From the NCBI GenBank assembly GCA_963842525.1, contig CAWJGT010000003.1:1408001-1472000 (forward strand): 64,000 nucleotides of DNA, written 5' to 3'. The position numbers were made by a program, and so were the translations under genes. Positions within the stretch are counted from its first letter, which is position 1; every line of letters begins with the position of its first letter. The notes beneath the pieces are model-generated. The model saw only the letters and a program-made list of their open reading frames with translations, ran no database searches and was not told where the DNA came from. This stretch comes from an uncultured Holophagales bacterium. Its GTDB lineage: Bacteria > Acidobacteriota > Thermoanaerobaculia > Multivoradales > UBA5704. Positions 1 through 9,651 of the stretch are shown piece by piece.

Positions 1-2
1 CG

Positions 3-56
3 GCGGAGGAGATTGAGGAGGCTCGCGGGTTGATCGCGGCGATCCGCGGAGCGTAG
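3..56 (+). CDS. 3' end of a CDS entering from the left edge (function unknown)
   Basis: Frame reads AEEIEEARGLIAAIRGA-stop (TAG 54-56) with GC-rich codon use; convergent with the next gene. Confidence 0.4.
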   Translation, partial: AEEIEEARGLIAAIRGA

Positions 57-58
57 CC

Positions 59-400
59 TCACCCTGGCAACGCCAACTCGGCTTTGAGGTCGGCCAGGGA
101 GGTCGTCCCCTTCTCCCGAGCCTCGCGCAATGCCTCTCGGGCATCCTCGATGTCTGCGCGATTCTCTACAGATAGCTCCTCCGTCGTCAGACCCTTCCCT
201 TCGCGATGCTCCCGCCAGGCCTCGGCGACCGCTGCAGCCTCCTCAGGTGTCTCGGGCTCAGTGCTTTCGGGAGCGTTCTCCAGGGTGAAGAGCGGTTCCT
301 CGGCGGTTTCGCGCAGGGCCTCCAGCACGCGGGCAGCCCGAGGGATCTCGCTTTCTGGGAGGTCGTCGATGAGGCGGTGGAGGTTGTCTCGTGAGGCCAT
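59..400 (-). CDS. Small acidic antitoxin-like protein (RelB/Phd-tail-like), no adjacent toxin
   Basis: 113 aa; N-terminal LHRLIDDLPESEI and C-terminal DIEDAREALREAREKGTTSLADLKAEL resemble type II antitoxin segments (recognised by eye). Confidence 0.5.
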   Translation of the reverse strand: MASRDNLHRLIDDLPESEIPRAARVLEALRETAEEPLFTLENAPESTEPETPEEAAAVAEAWREHREGKGLTTEELSVENRADIEDAREALREAREKGTTSLADLKAELALPG

Positions 401-464
401 AGTCGGATCTCTGCAGTAATTCTAGTATACCGTCACAGCGACGGCCGGGCAGTACGCGGCGGTT

Positions 465-715
465 CCGTAGAGACGGCCCAGTCCATAACCACCCAACCTA
501 CCGGGTGCACCGTCGTCGGGCCGTCTCAACGCCCCAGACACCACCAACGCCGGCAACACACCCGGGAATGTTTTTCGGCCGTTGAGGTACATGGCTCGCG
601 GCACCGGCGGTGGTGGACCCGGCTGCCCTGGGGAGACGCCCCGATTGCCGTGGCCGCCCTGGCCGCGGTGGTCGAGGACTGGGGCGTCTCTACGGTTTGC
701 CGTGGGGAGACGGCC
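465..715. repeat. Inverted pair of GTAG-type REP-like hairpin elements plus a partial third copy
   Basis: 465-531 reads CCGTAGAGACGGCCC...GGGCCGTCTC; the reverse complement of 629-695 reads CCGTAGAGACGCCCC...GGGGCGTCTC; 701-715 is a partial GGGGAGACGGCC. Confidence 0.65.
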
Positions 716-772
716 TACTGGTGTATGTCTGAACGGGTCTTCCTGGGAACGGCGGCACCGGTCCTGCCGTGC

Positions 773-1165
773 CCACCAGACCGGTCCGGACGTTCCGCGC
801 CGGTCCCCCTCTGTCCACCAGACTGGTACGGACGGTTGGCGCCGGTTCTGACGCTCCCACCAGTCCGGGGTGGACGGTTCGCGCCGGGGTGTGGGCTGCG
901 GCGAGATCGGCGTGGACGGTTCGCGCCGAGGAGCGGACGGTTGACGCCACGGAGCGGGCTGTCTACGCCGTGGCGCTAACCGTCCGACCCGAGGCGACAA
1001 CCGTCCTTGTCTCGGCGCAAACTGTCCGACCCCCCGCGCAAACCGTTCCATCCCGTGGCGTGAACCGTCCGACCCGTGGCGCAACTGTCCGTGTCTCGGC
1101 GTACACTGTCCGACCCACGGCGCGGACCGTCCATGTCTCGGCGCAAAACGGCCATTTTTCGGCGC
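773..1165. repeat. Degenerate 21/42-bp periodic array arranged as a large imperfect inverted repeat centred near 970
   Basis: GGACGGTT-like cores at 788, 830, 872, 914, 935, 956; complementary AACCGTCC-like cores at 978, 999, 1020, 1041, 1063, 1083, 1104, 1125, 1146. Confidence 0.75.
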
Positions 1166-1224
1166 GGTGCCTCCGTTTTTCAGAGCCGGACGGTCACGGG
1201 GCCTTGCCGTTAGCGCGTGGCCCG

Positions 1225-1926
1225 TCAAGCGCCTCGCCGGCTGTACCGCAGCACCGTCCACAATATCTTATAGCCAGCCCGCAGCGTCCCTGTCACCGTG
1301 CCAGTTATCTTCGAGACCCCCACCCGGCGGCGGTAGGAGACCGGGACCTCCGTAACGCGCAGCCCGTGCCGCAGCGCCTTGACCTGCATCTCGGCCGTCC
1401 AGCCGAAGTTGGGGTCGGCCATGCCGATCTTCTCCAGGGCGTCCCAGAGGATGGCGCGGAAGGGGCCGAGGTCGGTGTAGCGGTGGCCGTAGAGGAGGCG
1501 GATGAGGAGGCAGGCGACGAGGTTGCCGGCTCGGGCCTGGGGGAGGAGGGCTCCGGGCTCGCGGTCTCCCAACACGCGTGAGCCGATCACCAGGTCCGCC
1601 TCTCCAGCCAGGATCGGCTCGATCAGCCGCGGCAGCTCTTCGGGATGGTCCGACCAGTCGGCGTCGACGAAGACCACGAGGTCCGGCGGATCGTTGCGGC
1701 GCAGCCAGTCGAGGCCGGCGAGGCAGGCGCTGCCGTAGCCCCGCCGCGGCGCCTCGACCACGATCGCTCCGCCCTCCTGGGCCACCCATGCAGTCTCGTC
1801 CGTCGAGCCGTTGTCGGCGACCACGATGCGGCGGACCGGCGGACGAGGGAGGTCTCGCAGGACCATCGGTAGGGACGCTTCCTCGTTGAGCGCCGGGATC
1901 ACCACGTCCACACTGACTTTGGACAC
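1225..1926 (-). CDS. Glycosyltransferase family 2 (DPM/DPG synthase-like)
   Basis: VVIPALNEE, VADNGSTD, GYGSAC, DAD motif, YTDLGPFRA. Confidence 0.9.
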   Translation of the reverse strand: MSKVSVDVVIPALNEEASLPMVLRDLPRPPVRRIVVADNGSTDETAWVAQEGGAIVVEAPRRGYGSACLAGLDWLRRNDPPDLVVFVDADWSDHPEELPRLIEPILAGEADLVIGSRVLGDREPGALLPQARAGNLVACLLIRLLYGHRYTDLGPFRAILWDALEKIGMADPNFGWTAEMQVKALRHGLRVTEVPVSYRRRVGVSKITGTVTGTLRAGYKILWTVLRYSRRGA

Positions 1927-2003
1927 CGGCGGATCTTATGGCATGCTTGCCGACCCGGCCGTAGACCGGGCTTTCTCTATTTGGATTCAGGGAGCTATCA
2001 AGA

Positions 2004-2540
2004 ATGCCGATCGTCCCCTATCAGGGCCGGCTGCCCAGGTTGGGTGCCCGGGTCTTCCTAGCCCCGGACGCCTGGGTCACGGGCGATGTGGAGCTGGGCG
2101 ACGACGTCTCGTTCTGGTTCCACACCGTGGCGCGCGGCGACGTCAATTTCATCCGCATCGGGGCGCGGACCAACATCCAGGACGGCTGCGTGCTGCACGT
2201 CAACCATGGGGAATTCCCCTTGATTGTCGGCGCCGGGGTTGTGGTCGGGCACCAGGCCGTGATCCATGGGTGCACGATCGAGGACGGCGCGTTGATCGGC
2301 ATCGGCGCGCGGGTGCTCGACGGTGCGGTGGTCGAGGCAGGCGCGCAGATCGGGGCCGGGGCGGTCGTGGCGCCGGGCCATCGCATCCCGGCGGGGCATC
2401 TCGCGCTGGGCATCCCGGCGCGGCCGGTGCGGCCGTTGAACGACGAGGAGAAGCAGCGGATCGTGGACGGCTGCCAGCGTTACGTGGAGCTCAAGGAGCA
2501 CTATCGCGGGGCCTTCCCGCAGGATGGATCGAGGAGCTGA
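2004..2540 (+). CDS. Gamma-carbonic anhydrase family hexapeptide-repeat protein (YrdA/CaiE/PaaY-like)
   Basis: RGDVNFIRIGARTNIQDGCVLH and VGHQAVIHGCTI; stop overlaps the aspS start (TGATG). Confidence 0.92.
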   Translation: MPIVPYQGRLPRLGARVFLAPDAWVTGDVELGDDVSFWFHTVARGDVNFIRIGARTNIQDGCVLHVNHGEFPLIVGAGVVVGHQAVIHGCTIEDGALIGIGARVLDGAVVEAGAQIGAGAVVAPGHRIPAGHLALGIPARPVRPLNDEEKQRIVDGCQRYVELKEHYRGAFPQDGSRS

Positions 2541-4340
2541 TGGCGACAGACGGAGCACAGTTGAAGCGGCGCGGGGCCGGGACCCTGCGGCGGGAGGACG
2601 TCGGATCGAAGGTGCGGTTGCAGGCCTGGGTGCAGCGCCGACGCGACCATGGAGGCCTGGTCTTCTTCGACCTGCGGGACCGCACCGGCATCGCACAGGT
2701 GGTGGTCCGTCCCGGCGACCACCCGGAGGTGGCCGGAGCGCTGGAGCCTGTGCGGGCCGAGTGGGTTGTCGAGGTCGAGGGAGAGGTCGTCCCTCGCGAG
2801 GCGGGGAAGGTCAACCCTCACCTGCCCACGGGCGAGATCGAGGTGATCGCCCACCGGGCCGCGGTCCTCTCGCGCTCCGAGCCGCTGCCGTTCCAGCTCG
2901 ACGGCAAGGGGGAGGTCGCCGAGGAGACGCGTCTGCGTTACCGCTACCTCGACCTGCGCCGCCCTGAGCTGCAGAAGAACTTTCTGCTCCGCGACCAGGT
3001 GACCCTCGACATCCGCAACTATCTGCACGCGGAGGGGTTCGTCGACGTCGAGACGCCGATCCTGACCCGCTCCACCCCCGAGGGTGCGCGCGATTATCTC
3101 GTCCCCTCGCGGGTACGCCGCGGCTCGTTCTACGCCCTGCCGCAGTCGCCGCAGCTCTTCAAGCAGATCCTCATGGTGGCCGGCTTCGAGCGCTACGTCC
3201 AGATCGCCCGCTGCTTCCGTGACGAGGATCTGCGCGCCGACCGCCAGCCCGAGTTCACCCAGGTGGACCTGGAGATGTCGTTCCCGACCGAGGAGGAGGT
3301 CATCGCTCTGATCGAAGGGCTGTTCGCGCGGATCTTCCCGTTGGGAGGCATCGAGCCGCCGGTCCCCTTCCCACGCCTGACCTACGCCGAGGCCATGGCC
3401 CGTTACGGCAGCGACCGGCCGGACCTCCGTTTCGGCCTGGAGATCGCCGATCTGTCGGCTCTCCTGGCAGAGAGCGGCTTCCGGGGCTTTCGCGAGACGG
3501 TCGCTGCGGGCGGAGTGGTGCGCGGCTTTGCCGTGCCTGGAGCGGCCGAGGCCAGCCGCAAACAGATCGACGGTTGGGTGGAGATCGCCCGCCGTCACGG
3601 CGCGGCCGGCGTGCTGACCCTGCGCCGCAAGGACGGCGAGCTCGTGTTCCAGGTGAAGAACGCGCTAACTCCGGAGGAGCTCGAAAGAGCGGCCGAGGCG
3701 TTAGGGCTCGGAGAAGGCGATCTTGCGTTCCTCGTCGCCGCGCCCGAGAAGGTGACTGCCGCGGCACTGGGGACCCTGCGCCTGGAGCTGGCGCGGGCCT
3801 ACAACCTGGTCCCGGAAGGGAAGCATGCATTCCTCTGGGTGACCGAGTTCCCGTTGGTGGAGTGGGGCGAGGAGGAGAAGCGCTGGTTCGCCATGCACCA
3901 CCCCTTCACCAGCCCCGATCCGCGGGACCTCGACCGTCTGGAGAGCGATCCGGGGTCGGTCCGTGCCCGCGCTTACGACGTGGTGCTCAACGGCACCGAG
4001 CTGGGCGGCGGTTCGATCCGCATGCACGATCCGGAAGCTCCAGAGCCGGGTGTTCCGGCTGCTGGGCATCAGCGCCGAGGAGGCCGAGGCCCGCTTCGGC
4101 TTCTTCCTGGAAGCCCTGCGCTACGGCGCTCCGCCGCACGGAGGCATCGCCCTGGGCCTCGACCGCATGGTCATGCTCCTCGCCGGCTCGAACACCATCC
4201 GCGACGTCATCGCCTTCCCGAAAACCGCCTCGGCCACCGACCTGATGACCGACGCGCCCTCCGAGGTGGACTCCAAGCAGCTCCGGGAGCTGGGGGTTGC
4301 GGTCGTCCGGGGAGATGACACAGCGCCTCGACAAGGGTAA
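2540..4340 (+). CDS. aspS: Aspartate--tRNA ligase, possibly non-discriminating; +1 indel near 4035 (probable sequencing error)
   Basis: [54 protein letters not shown], then after a frame change [15 protein letters not shown] and [10 protein letters not shown]. Confidence 0.95.
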
Positions 4341-4349
4341 TATCAGAGT

Positions 4350-4772
4350 ATGGCCAGGAGCGCTCGACTCGCGACTGCTTTTCACTCCTTCGACGAGCCT
4401 GAGAGGAACCGCGAGCCCTCTACCCCCGAAGCGTTCCGGGCAGCCGTTCATGCTGCTCTCGAACAGGAGAGCCTGCGCGGCGCACAGGCAATTGCGGCCC
4501 AAGGCCACGCTCGATTCCCGGCCGATCCTGAGCTGGCGCGGCTCCATCGTCTCCTGACCCTCCCATCTCCCAGGAGCGTCAAGAAGCCGCTCGCTCCGGA
4601 CCGCACCGCGGCATTCCAGTGGCTGGAGGAGAATGCCGCCGACTATCGAGGCCAATGGGTGGCCTTGTCGGGGACCGGTCTGGTGGCCTCCGCTCCTAGC
4701 TTCGGCGAGCTCCAGCGGGCTGTCGAGGCTCTGCGGCTGGACAATCCTCCCCTCGCGCTCCACGTTGAGTGA
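4350..4772 (+). CDS. Hypothetical protein with DUF5678-like C-terminal domain
   Basis: C-terminal WLEENAADYRGQWVAL...LVASA motif; lies directly upstream of a retropepsin-like gene. Confidence 0.6.
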   Translation: MARSARLATAFHSFDEPERNREPSTPEAFRAAVHAALEQESLRGAQAIAAQGHARFPADPELARLHRLLTLPSPRSVKKPLAPDRTAAFQWLEENAADYRGQWVALSGTGLVASAPSFGELQRAVEALRLDNPPLALHVE

Positions 4773-5238
4773 CGATAACTCGACCTTTGACCGGCGTGGC
4801 TTCGCCTTCGCGACCGGGGTAGCGCGTTTCCGCGACCATCCTAAGCTGCCCGAGCCGCGCCGGGGCAAACCGGAACCCCGTATCTATCTGGAGGTGCTCC
4901 CGGAAACGGTCGCCACGTCAGTCCTTGCCCTGGTGGACACCGCTGCGCCTTGGTGCATCTTTACTCCGGCCATCGGTGAAGAGATCCGGGAGCATCTCGA
5001 AGTGATGGACGAGGGTGTGGTGCTGCATACGAGGCTCGGCCCGTTCCAGGGGGATCTTTATCGGGGAATGGTTACACTCATCGCAGACGAGGGAGAGCCC
5101 CTCGAGGTGAATGGGCTGATCTTCCTGAGCCCCGACTGGCCTGGCGGCAACTTCCTGGGGTACCAGGGCTTCCTCCAGAAGATCCGCTTCGCTGTGGACC
5201 CGTATCGAAACCGGTTCTTCTTCGCGTCCGACTTCTGA
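4765..5238 (+). CDS. Retropepsin-like (clan AA) aspartyl protease homolog
   Basis: ALVDTAA catalytic-like motif and C-terminal NFLGYQGFL...FAVD; probable TTG start at 4765 overlapping the upstream stop. Confidence 0.65.
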   Translation: MSDDNSTFDRRGFAFATGVARFRDHPKLPEPRRGKPEPRIYLEVLPETVATSVLALVDTAAPWCIFTPAIGEEIREHLEVMDEGVVLHTRLGPFQGDLYRGMVTLIADEGEPLEVNGLIFLSPDWPGGNFLGYQGFLQKIRFAVDPYRNRFFFASDF

Positions 5239-5272
5239 CCTGTAGGATCTGTCGGCAAAGACCGGAACCACC

Positions 5273-6397
5273 ATGGCCGACCCGCACACGCTCCACACAC
5301 TGACCCTCCGCCACCCCGCCGGCTCCACGCCCGTCCTGGTGGGTGAGGAGGCCCTCGCCTCCGCCCGGCCTCGTCTGGTTGAGTGGCTCTCCGGTCGTAC
5401 GGTGTTCGTGGTCAGCACGCCGCGGGTGCTGGCTCTTCATGGAGATCGATTGGAGCCCTTGCGCGATGCGGCGGCCCGGTGGGTCGTTCTGGAGGTGGAG
5501 GAGGGCGAGCCCGCGAAGACGGTGCGGACGGCCGAGCGGCTGTGGAATGAGATGCTCGCGGCCGGCGGCAAGCGTGACAGCCGCTTGATCGCGTTCGGCG
5601 GCGGCAGCGTCGGCGACCTCGGCGGGTTTGCGGCCGGATGCTTCCTGCGTGGTATTCCCTTCGTCCAAATCCCCACGACTTTGCTGGCCCAGGTGGACGC
5701 CGCGATCGGCGGCAAGACCGGGGTCGATCTGCCCGGCGGCAAGAACACGGTCGGGTTGTTCCACCACCCGGACCTGGTGGTGTGCGACACCTCGATCCTG
5801 ACCACCCTGCCGCGCGAGGAGCTGCGCTCGGGGCTGGTCGAGGTGGTCAAGATGGCGGCACTGCTCGATCCGGACCTCTTCGTGCGGGTTGAGCAGGACC
5901 TGGAGAAGCTGCTCGGAGGTGGTCCGGAGGGGCCGGCGGCTCTGGGGCCGGTCGTTGCCGCGGCGGTTGCTGCCAAGATTGGCGTCGTCGAGCGGGACCC
6001 GGCCGAGCAGGGGGACCGGCGGCTTCTCAACCTCGGACATACTCTGGGCCATGCCATCGAGTCCGCCTGCGCCTATGGCGGCCTCCGCCATGGCGAGGCC
6101 GTGGGGTACGGCATTCTTTTCGCCCTTCGCCTGGCGGTCCCGCGCGGGCTCGATCCGGCGGTGGCGGAGCGGGTGCACGCCCTCCTTCTCCGTTTCGGGC
6201 TGCCGCCGCTGCCGCCCCTCGACGCCGGCGAGCTCCTCGCCTTGACGGCGCGGGACAAGAAGGCCAGCGAGGCCGGGCTGGTCTGGGTGCTGCCCGCGGC
6301 GCTGGGAGAGGGGAGGATGGTCGCGGGGATCGGAGGCGAGGAGGTCGAGGCCGCGCTGCGCGGCTTTCTGGGCGATCCGTTCGCCTCCGTTGTATAA
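5273..6397 (+). CDS. aroB: 3-dehydroquinate synthase
   Basis: GGGSVGDLGGF, RGIPFVQIPTTLLAQVDAAIGGKTG, LNLGHTLGHAIE, HGEAV. Confidence 0.96.
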   Translation: MADPHTLHTLTLRHPAGSTPVLVGEEALASARPRLVEWLSGRTVFVVSTPRVLALHGDRLEPLRDAAARWVVLEVEEGEPAKTVRTAERLWNEMLAAGGKRDSRLIAFGGGSVGDLGGFAAGCFLRGIPFVQIPTTLLAQVDAAIGGKTGVDLPGGKNTVGLFHHPDLVVCDTSILTTLPREELRSGLVEVVKMAALLDPDLFVRVEQDLEKLLGGGPEGPAALGPVVAAAVAAKIGVVERDPAEQGDRRLLNLGHTLGHAIESACAYGGLRHGEAVGYGILFALRLAVPRGLDPAVAERVHALLLRFGLPPLPPLDAGELLALTARDKKASEAGLVWVLPAALGEGRMVAGIGGEEVEAALRGFLGDPFASVV

Positions 6398-6421
6398 TCG
6401 CGCAAATCCGTCGGCCTCTCA

Positions 6422-8230
6422 ATGACGAACCGCCGAAAGCTCCTGCGCCGCCTCAAGCTGCGACACGTCCTCCTGGTCGTGTTCCTGCTTTTGGGCATCA
6501 TCCCGCTGATCCTCAGCAGCGTGATGCTTATCCCACAGAGCCAGCAGATTCTGCGCGACGCAGAGCGCGACAACCTGATCCGCCGGGCGGGGGCGCTTTC
6601 GCGAGACGTCGACACCTACCTGGGGACCTTCCGGAGCCAGCTCGCGCAGCTCGGGAGCGGCCTCCTGGCTCCGCCGGGCTCGCCGGACATGGCCGAGCGG
6701 CTGCGCGAGCCGTGGGTCCTCACGTATCTCCAGGGCTTCGGCCAGGAGGCCCTCCAGGGGAGCCGCCCGGGCGGCGGGCAGGGCCTGCTGGTCCTGCGCG
6801 TGCTCGACCGGCAGGGGGCCGGGCCGCTGCTCGGGAAAAGGGACCTGGTGCCGAAGGCGGTCAGCTCTCTCGACGCCGCGTTCGAGCAGGCGCGGCGCTC
6901 AGGCTCGCGCGCCTACCGGTTCGTCGACCTGGGCCCCGGCCAGGTGCCTCTGGTGGCTCTCGCGGTGCCTGTCGCGGCGGCCGGGAGCGGCCCGCAGCTC
7001 GTGCTCGAAGCGCTCCTCGAGTTCAAGCCCCTGGAAGTCCTCCAGGAAGAGACAGGGCAAGAGGTGGGGGTCTTCCTCATGACCCGGCAGGGCCAGCTCC
7101 TCTGGTGGAACGGCGCCGGTGCCACCATGAAGGATGGCTTGCTCAAGTATGAGGATCTCCAGTCGTTCCTGGCCGTGCCGGGGAGCATGACCCGGGTATA
7201 CGAGGTCCGCTCGGCCCAGGGGAGCCAGCAGGTGTTCGCGCAAGTGAGCGCCATCGAGGAAAGCGGCTGGGTGCTGATCGTCCAGAAGCCTCTCTCGGCT
7301 GCGTTTGCTGCCGTCGACAAGATGATCTTCAACCTCGTCCTGTCGACGCTCCTGCTGGTCGCCCTCGCTCTGTTCTCGGCGTTCCTCGCGGCGCGCCTGG
7401 TGAGCCGGCCGATCCAGCGCCTCACCGAAACGACGCACGCGATCGCGGAAGGGAAGTTCGGCGGCCGGGTGGATCTGGAAGGTCTTTCGTTCGAATTCGC
7501 CGATCTCGCCGAGGATTTCAACCGCATGAGCGGCCACATCGAGAAGTACATCCAGCAGCTCCGCCAGGCGGCTCAGGTTAACCGCGACCTTTTCATCGGT
7601 TCTCTGCGGGCTTTCGTCGCCGCGATCGACGCCAAAGACCCCTACACCCGCGGCCACTCCGAGCGGGTGGCGGCGGTCAGCCGGGTGATCGCGCGCTCCC
7701 TCGGCCTCGCCGAGGAGGTCCAGCACAAGGTCTGGATCGGCGCCCTGCTCCACGACGTCGGCAAGATCGGCGTCGAGGACCTGGTGCTGCGCAAGGCCGG
7801 CAAGCTGACCGACGAAGAGTTCGAGCAGATGAAGGCGCACACCGTGATCGGCGCGGACGTCATGTCGCCGATCGAGCAGCTCCGGGAGATGATCCCGGCC
7901 ATCCGGTCGCACCACGAGGCCTGGAACGGCCGCGGCTACCCCGACGGTCTCAAGGGGGAGCAGATCCCGCTCTTCGCCCGCATCGTCGGCGTCGCCGACA
8001 CCTTCGATGCCATCACCACCAACCGGCCTTATCAGAAGGCCTACAGCCTCCAGTTCGCGGTCGAGACCATCACCCGGTTGACGGGGAGCCGCTTCGACGC
8101 CAAGATCGTCACCGCCTTCCTGCGCTCCTATGAGGCGGGCGAGGTCCGCGCCGCGTCCGAAGCCGTAGGTGGGCGGTATGAGGAAGAGATGGTGCCGCAG
8201 GTGGCGGCGCGAGCGGCGGGACCGCGTTAG
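6422..8230 (+). CDS. Membrane sensor with HAMP and HD-GYP domains (c-di-GMP phosphodiesterase)
   Basis: Two hydrophobic helices around an extracytoplasmic region, HAMP (RPIQRL...DFNRM), DPYTRGHSERV, LHDVGK, HHEAWNGRGYP. Confidence 0.9.
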   Translation: MTNRRKLLRRLKLRHVLLVVFLLLGIIPLILSSVMLIPQSQQILRDAERDNLIRRAGALSRDVDTYLGTFRSQLAQLGSGLLAPPGSPDMAERLREPWVLTYLQGFGQEALQGSRPGGGQGLLVLRVLDRQGAGPLLGKRDLVPKAVSSLDAAFEQARRSGSRAYRFVDLGPGQVPLVALAVPVAAAGSGPQLVLEALLEFKPLEVLQEETGQEVGVFLMTRQGQLLWWNGAGATMKDGLLKYEDLQSFLAVPGSMTRVYEVRSAQGSQQVFAQVSAIEESGWVLIVQKPLSAAFAAVDKMIFNLVLSTLLLVALALFSAFLAARLVSRPIQRLTETTHAIAEGKFGGRVDLEGLSFEFADLAEDFNRMSGHIEKYIQQLRQAAQVNRDLFIGSLRAFVAAIDAKDPYTRGHSERVAAVSRVIARSLGLAEEVQHKVWIGALLHDVGKIGVEDLVLRKAGKLTDEEFEQMKAHTVIGADVMSPIEQLREMIPAIRSHHEAWNGRGYPDGLKGEQIPLFARIVGVADTFDAITTNRPYQKAYSLQFAVETITRLTGSRFDAKIVTAFLRSYEAGEVRAASEAVGGRYEEEMVPQVAARAAGPR

Positions 8231-8263
8231 GCCGCCCGCCGCCCCGCCGGATGAAGGAGCCCG

Positions 8264-8629
8264 ATGTTCCAATACGTCCTCGCCAACCTTCTGGCCAACA
8301 ACGACAAGGCGCTCGGCGCCCTCTTCCTCGACGACAACGGCGAGACCGTGGACCTCGCCTGCGCCGGCTACACCCCCTACCAGATGCGGGTGATCGGCGC
8401 CTATCTGGGCATCTACCTGCGCCAGCTCGAGAAGGTCCTCACCAGCAACGACCTCGGCCATCCGCGCCTGATCCACATCGAGAAGCTCGCCATCCACATC
8501 TACGCCATGCCCCTCCCGGACGGCTATTACCTGGTGCTCGTCCAGAGCCACCCCGCCCTGGTCGCCCGCGCCCGCATCACCATGACGGACGCCGCGGAGC
8601 AGCTCACCCGCGAATTGTTCCATTCGTGA
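8264..8629 (+). CDS. Roadblock/LC7-like protein
   Basis: 121 aa with a GALFLDDNGE start and DGYYLVLV end; AAGGAG ribosome-binding site upstream. Confidence 0.6.
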   Translation: MFQYVLANLLANNDKALGALFLDDNGETVDLACAGYTPYQMRVIGAYLGIYLRQLEKVLTSNDLGHPRLIHIEKLAIHIYAMPLPDGYYLVLVQSHPALVARARITMTDAAEQLTRELFHS

Positions 8630-8661
8630 CCACCCCCCTGGCGGGGTATGATTCTGCCGTC

Positions 8662-9651
8662 ATGGCTGAGACGGACGACAAGAAGAACGACATCCTCGAG
8701 CTGGCGCCCGAGACGCGGCTGCCGGAAGAGGAGCCCGAGGAGGGAGGCTTCCTCAAGAAGCTGAAGCGCGGGCTCTTCATGACCCATACCGAGATCATCG
8801 AGAAGATGAGCTCCGCCATGCAGGGCAAGACGGCGCTCGATCCGGCTACGTTCGACTACCTGGAAGAGATCCTCATCGGCTCCGACCTGGGGGTCGAGAC
8901 CTCTCTCGACCTGGTGGAGCGGGTACGGAAGAACGCGCTCCGGGAGCAGGTGAGCAGCTCGCAGCGGCTGCGTAAGCTGCTGGCCGACGAGATCGCCGAC
9001 CTGCTGCGCGAGTCGCCGGTGCCCCGCCGCCTGGGCCGCGGCCCGGTCCTCACCCTGGTGGTGGGGGTCAACGGCGTGGGCAAGACCACCTCCATCGCCA
9101 AGATCGCCAAGCGTCATCAGCAGCAGGGGCAGCGCGTCATGTTCGCCGCCGCGGACACCTTCCGGGCCGCCGCCATCGAGCAGCTTGCGCTCTGGGGCGA
9201 CCGCCTGGGGATCGAGGTGGTGCGGCAGGGGCAGGGTGCCGATCCGGGCGCGGTCGTCTACGACGCGATCCACGCCGCGAAGGCGCGCAAGGTCGACCAG
9301 CTCCTGGTGGACACGGCGGGGCGCCTTCACACCAAGGACCACCTGATGGCCGAGCTCGGCAAGGTCCGCCGGGTGATCGACCGCGAGGCGGCCGACTGGC
9401 AGAAGCAGACGATCCTGGTCCTCGACGCGACCACCGGACAGAACGCGCTGGCCCAGGCTCGCACCTTCAGCCAGGTGGTGCCCATCGACGGCGTGCTGCT
9501 GGCCAAGCTCGACGGCACGGCCAAGGGCGGCATGGTGGTGGCCATCGCCAAGGAGCTGCGCCTGCCGGTGCTCTATCTCGGCGTCGGCGAGAAGCCCGAA
9601 GACCTGGTGGATTTCCGCCCCCGGGAGTTCGCCGCTGCTCTCCTCGGCTGA
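8662..9651 (+). CDS. ftsY: SRP receptor FtsY
   Basis: GVNGVGKTT, DTFRAAA, DTAGR, KLDGTAKGG; ATG at 8662. Confidence 0.96.
   Translation: MAETDDKKNDILELAPETRLPEEEPEEGGFLKKLKRGLFMTHTEIIEKMSSAMQGKTALDPATFDYLEEILIGSDLGVETSLDLVERVRKNALREQVSSSQRLRKLLADEIADLLRESPVPRRLGRGPVLTLVVGVNGVGKTTSIAKIAKRHQQQGQRVMFAAADTFRAAAIEQLALWGDRLGIEVVRQGQGADPGAVVYDAIHAAKARKVDQLLVDTAGRLHTKDHLMAELGKVRRVIDREAADWQKQTILVLDATTGQNALAQARTFSQVVPIDGVLLAKLDGTAKGGMVVAIAKELRLPVLYLGVGEKPEDLVDFRPREFAAALLG

Noticed and set aside
773-1165. CRISPR array
   Set aside because: Units are degenerate with a 21-bp period, orientation flips at the centre, there are no unique spacers, and no cas genes are present.
422-1581. ORFs 422-1261(-) and 769-1581(+) as proteins
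   Set aside because: They are low-complexity translations of the repeat region and overlap the GT2 gene; no recognisable domain.
1811-2539. N-terminal extension of the 835-aa aspS ORF
   Set aside because: It is an alternative frame of the gamma-carbonic anhydrase gene; aspS homology starts at ATG 2540.
8251-8661. Long N-terminal extension of FtsY
   Set aside because: It overlaps the roadblock gene, which has its own ribosome-binding site; ATG 8662 fits better.
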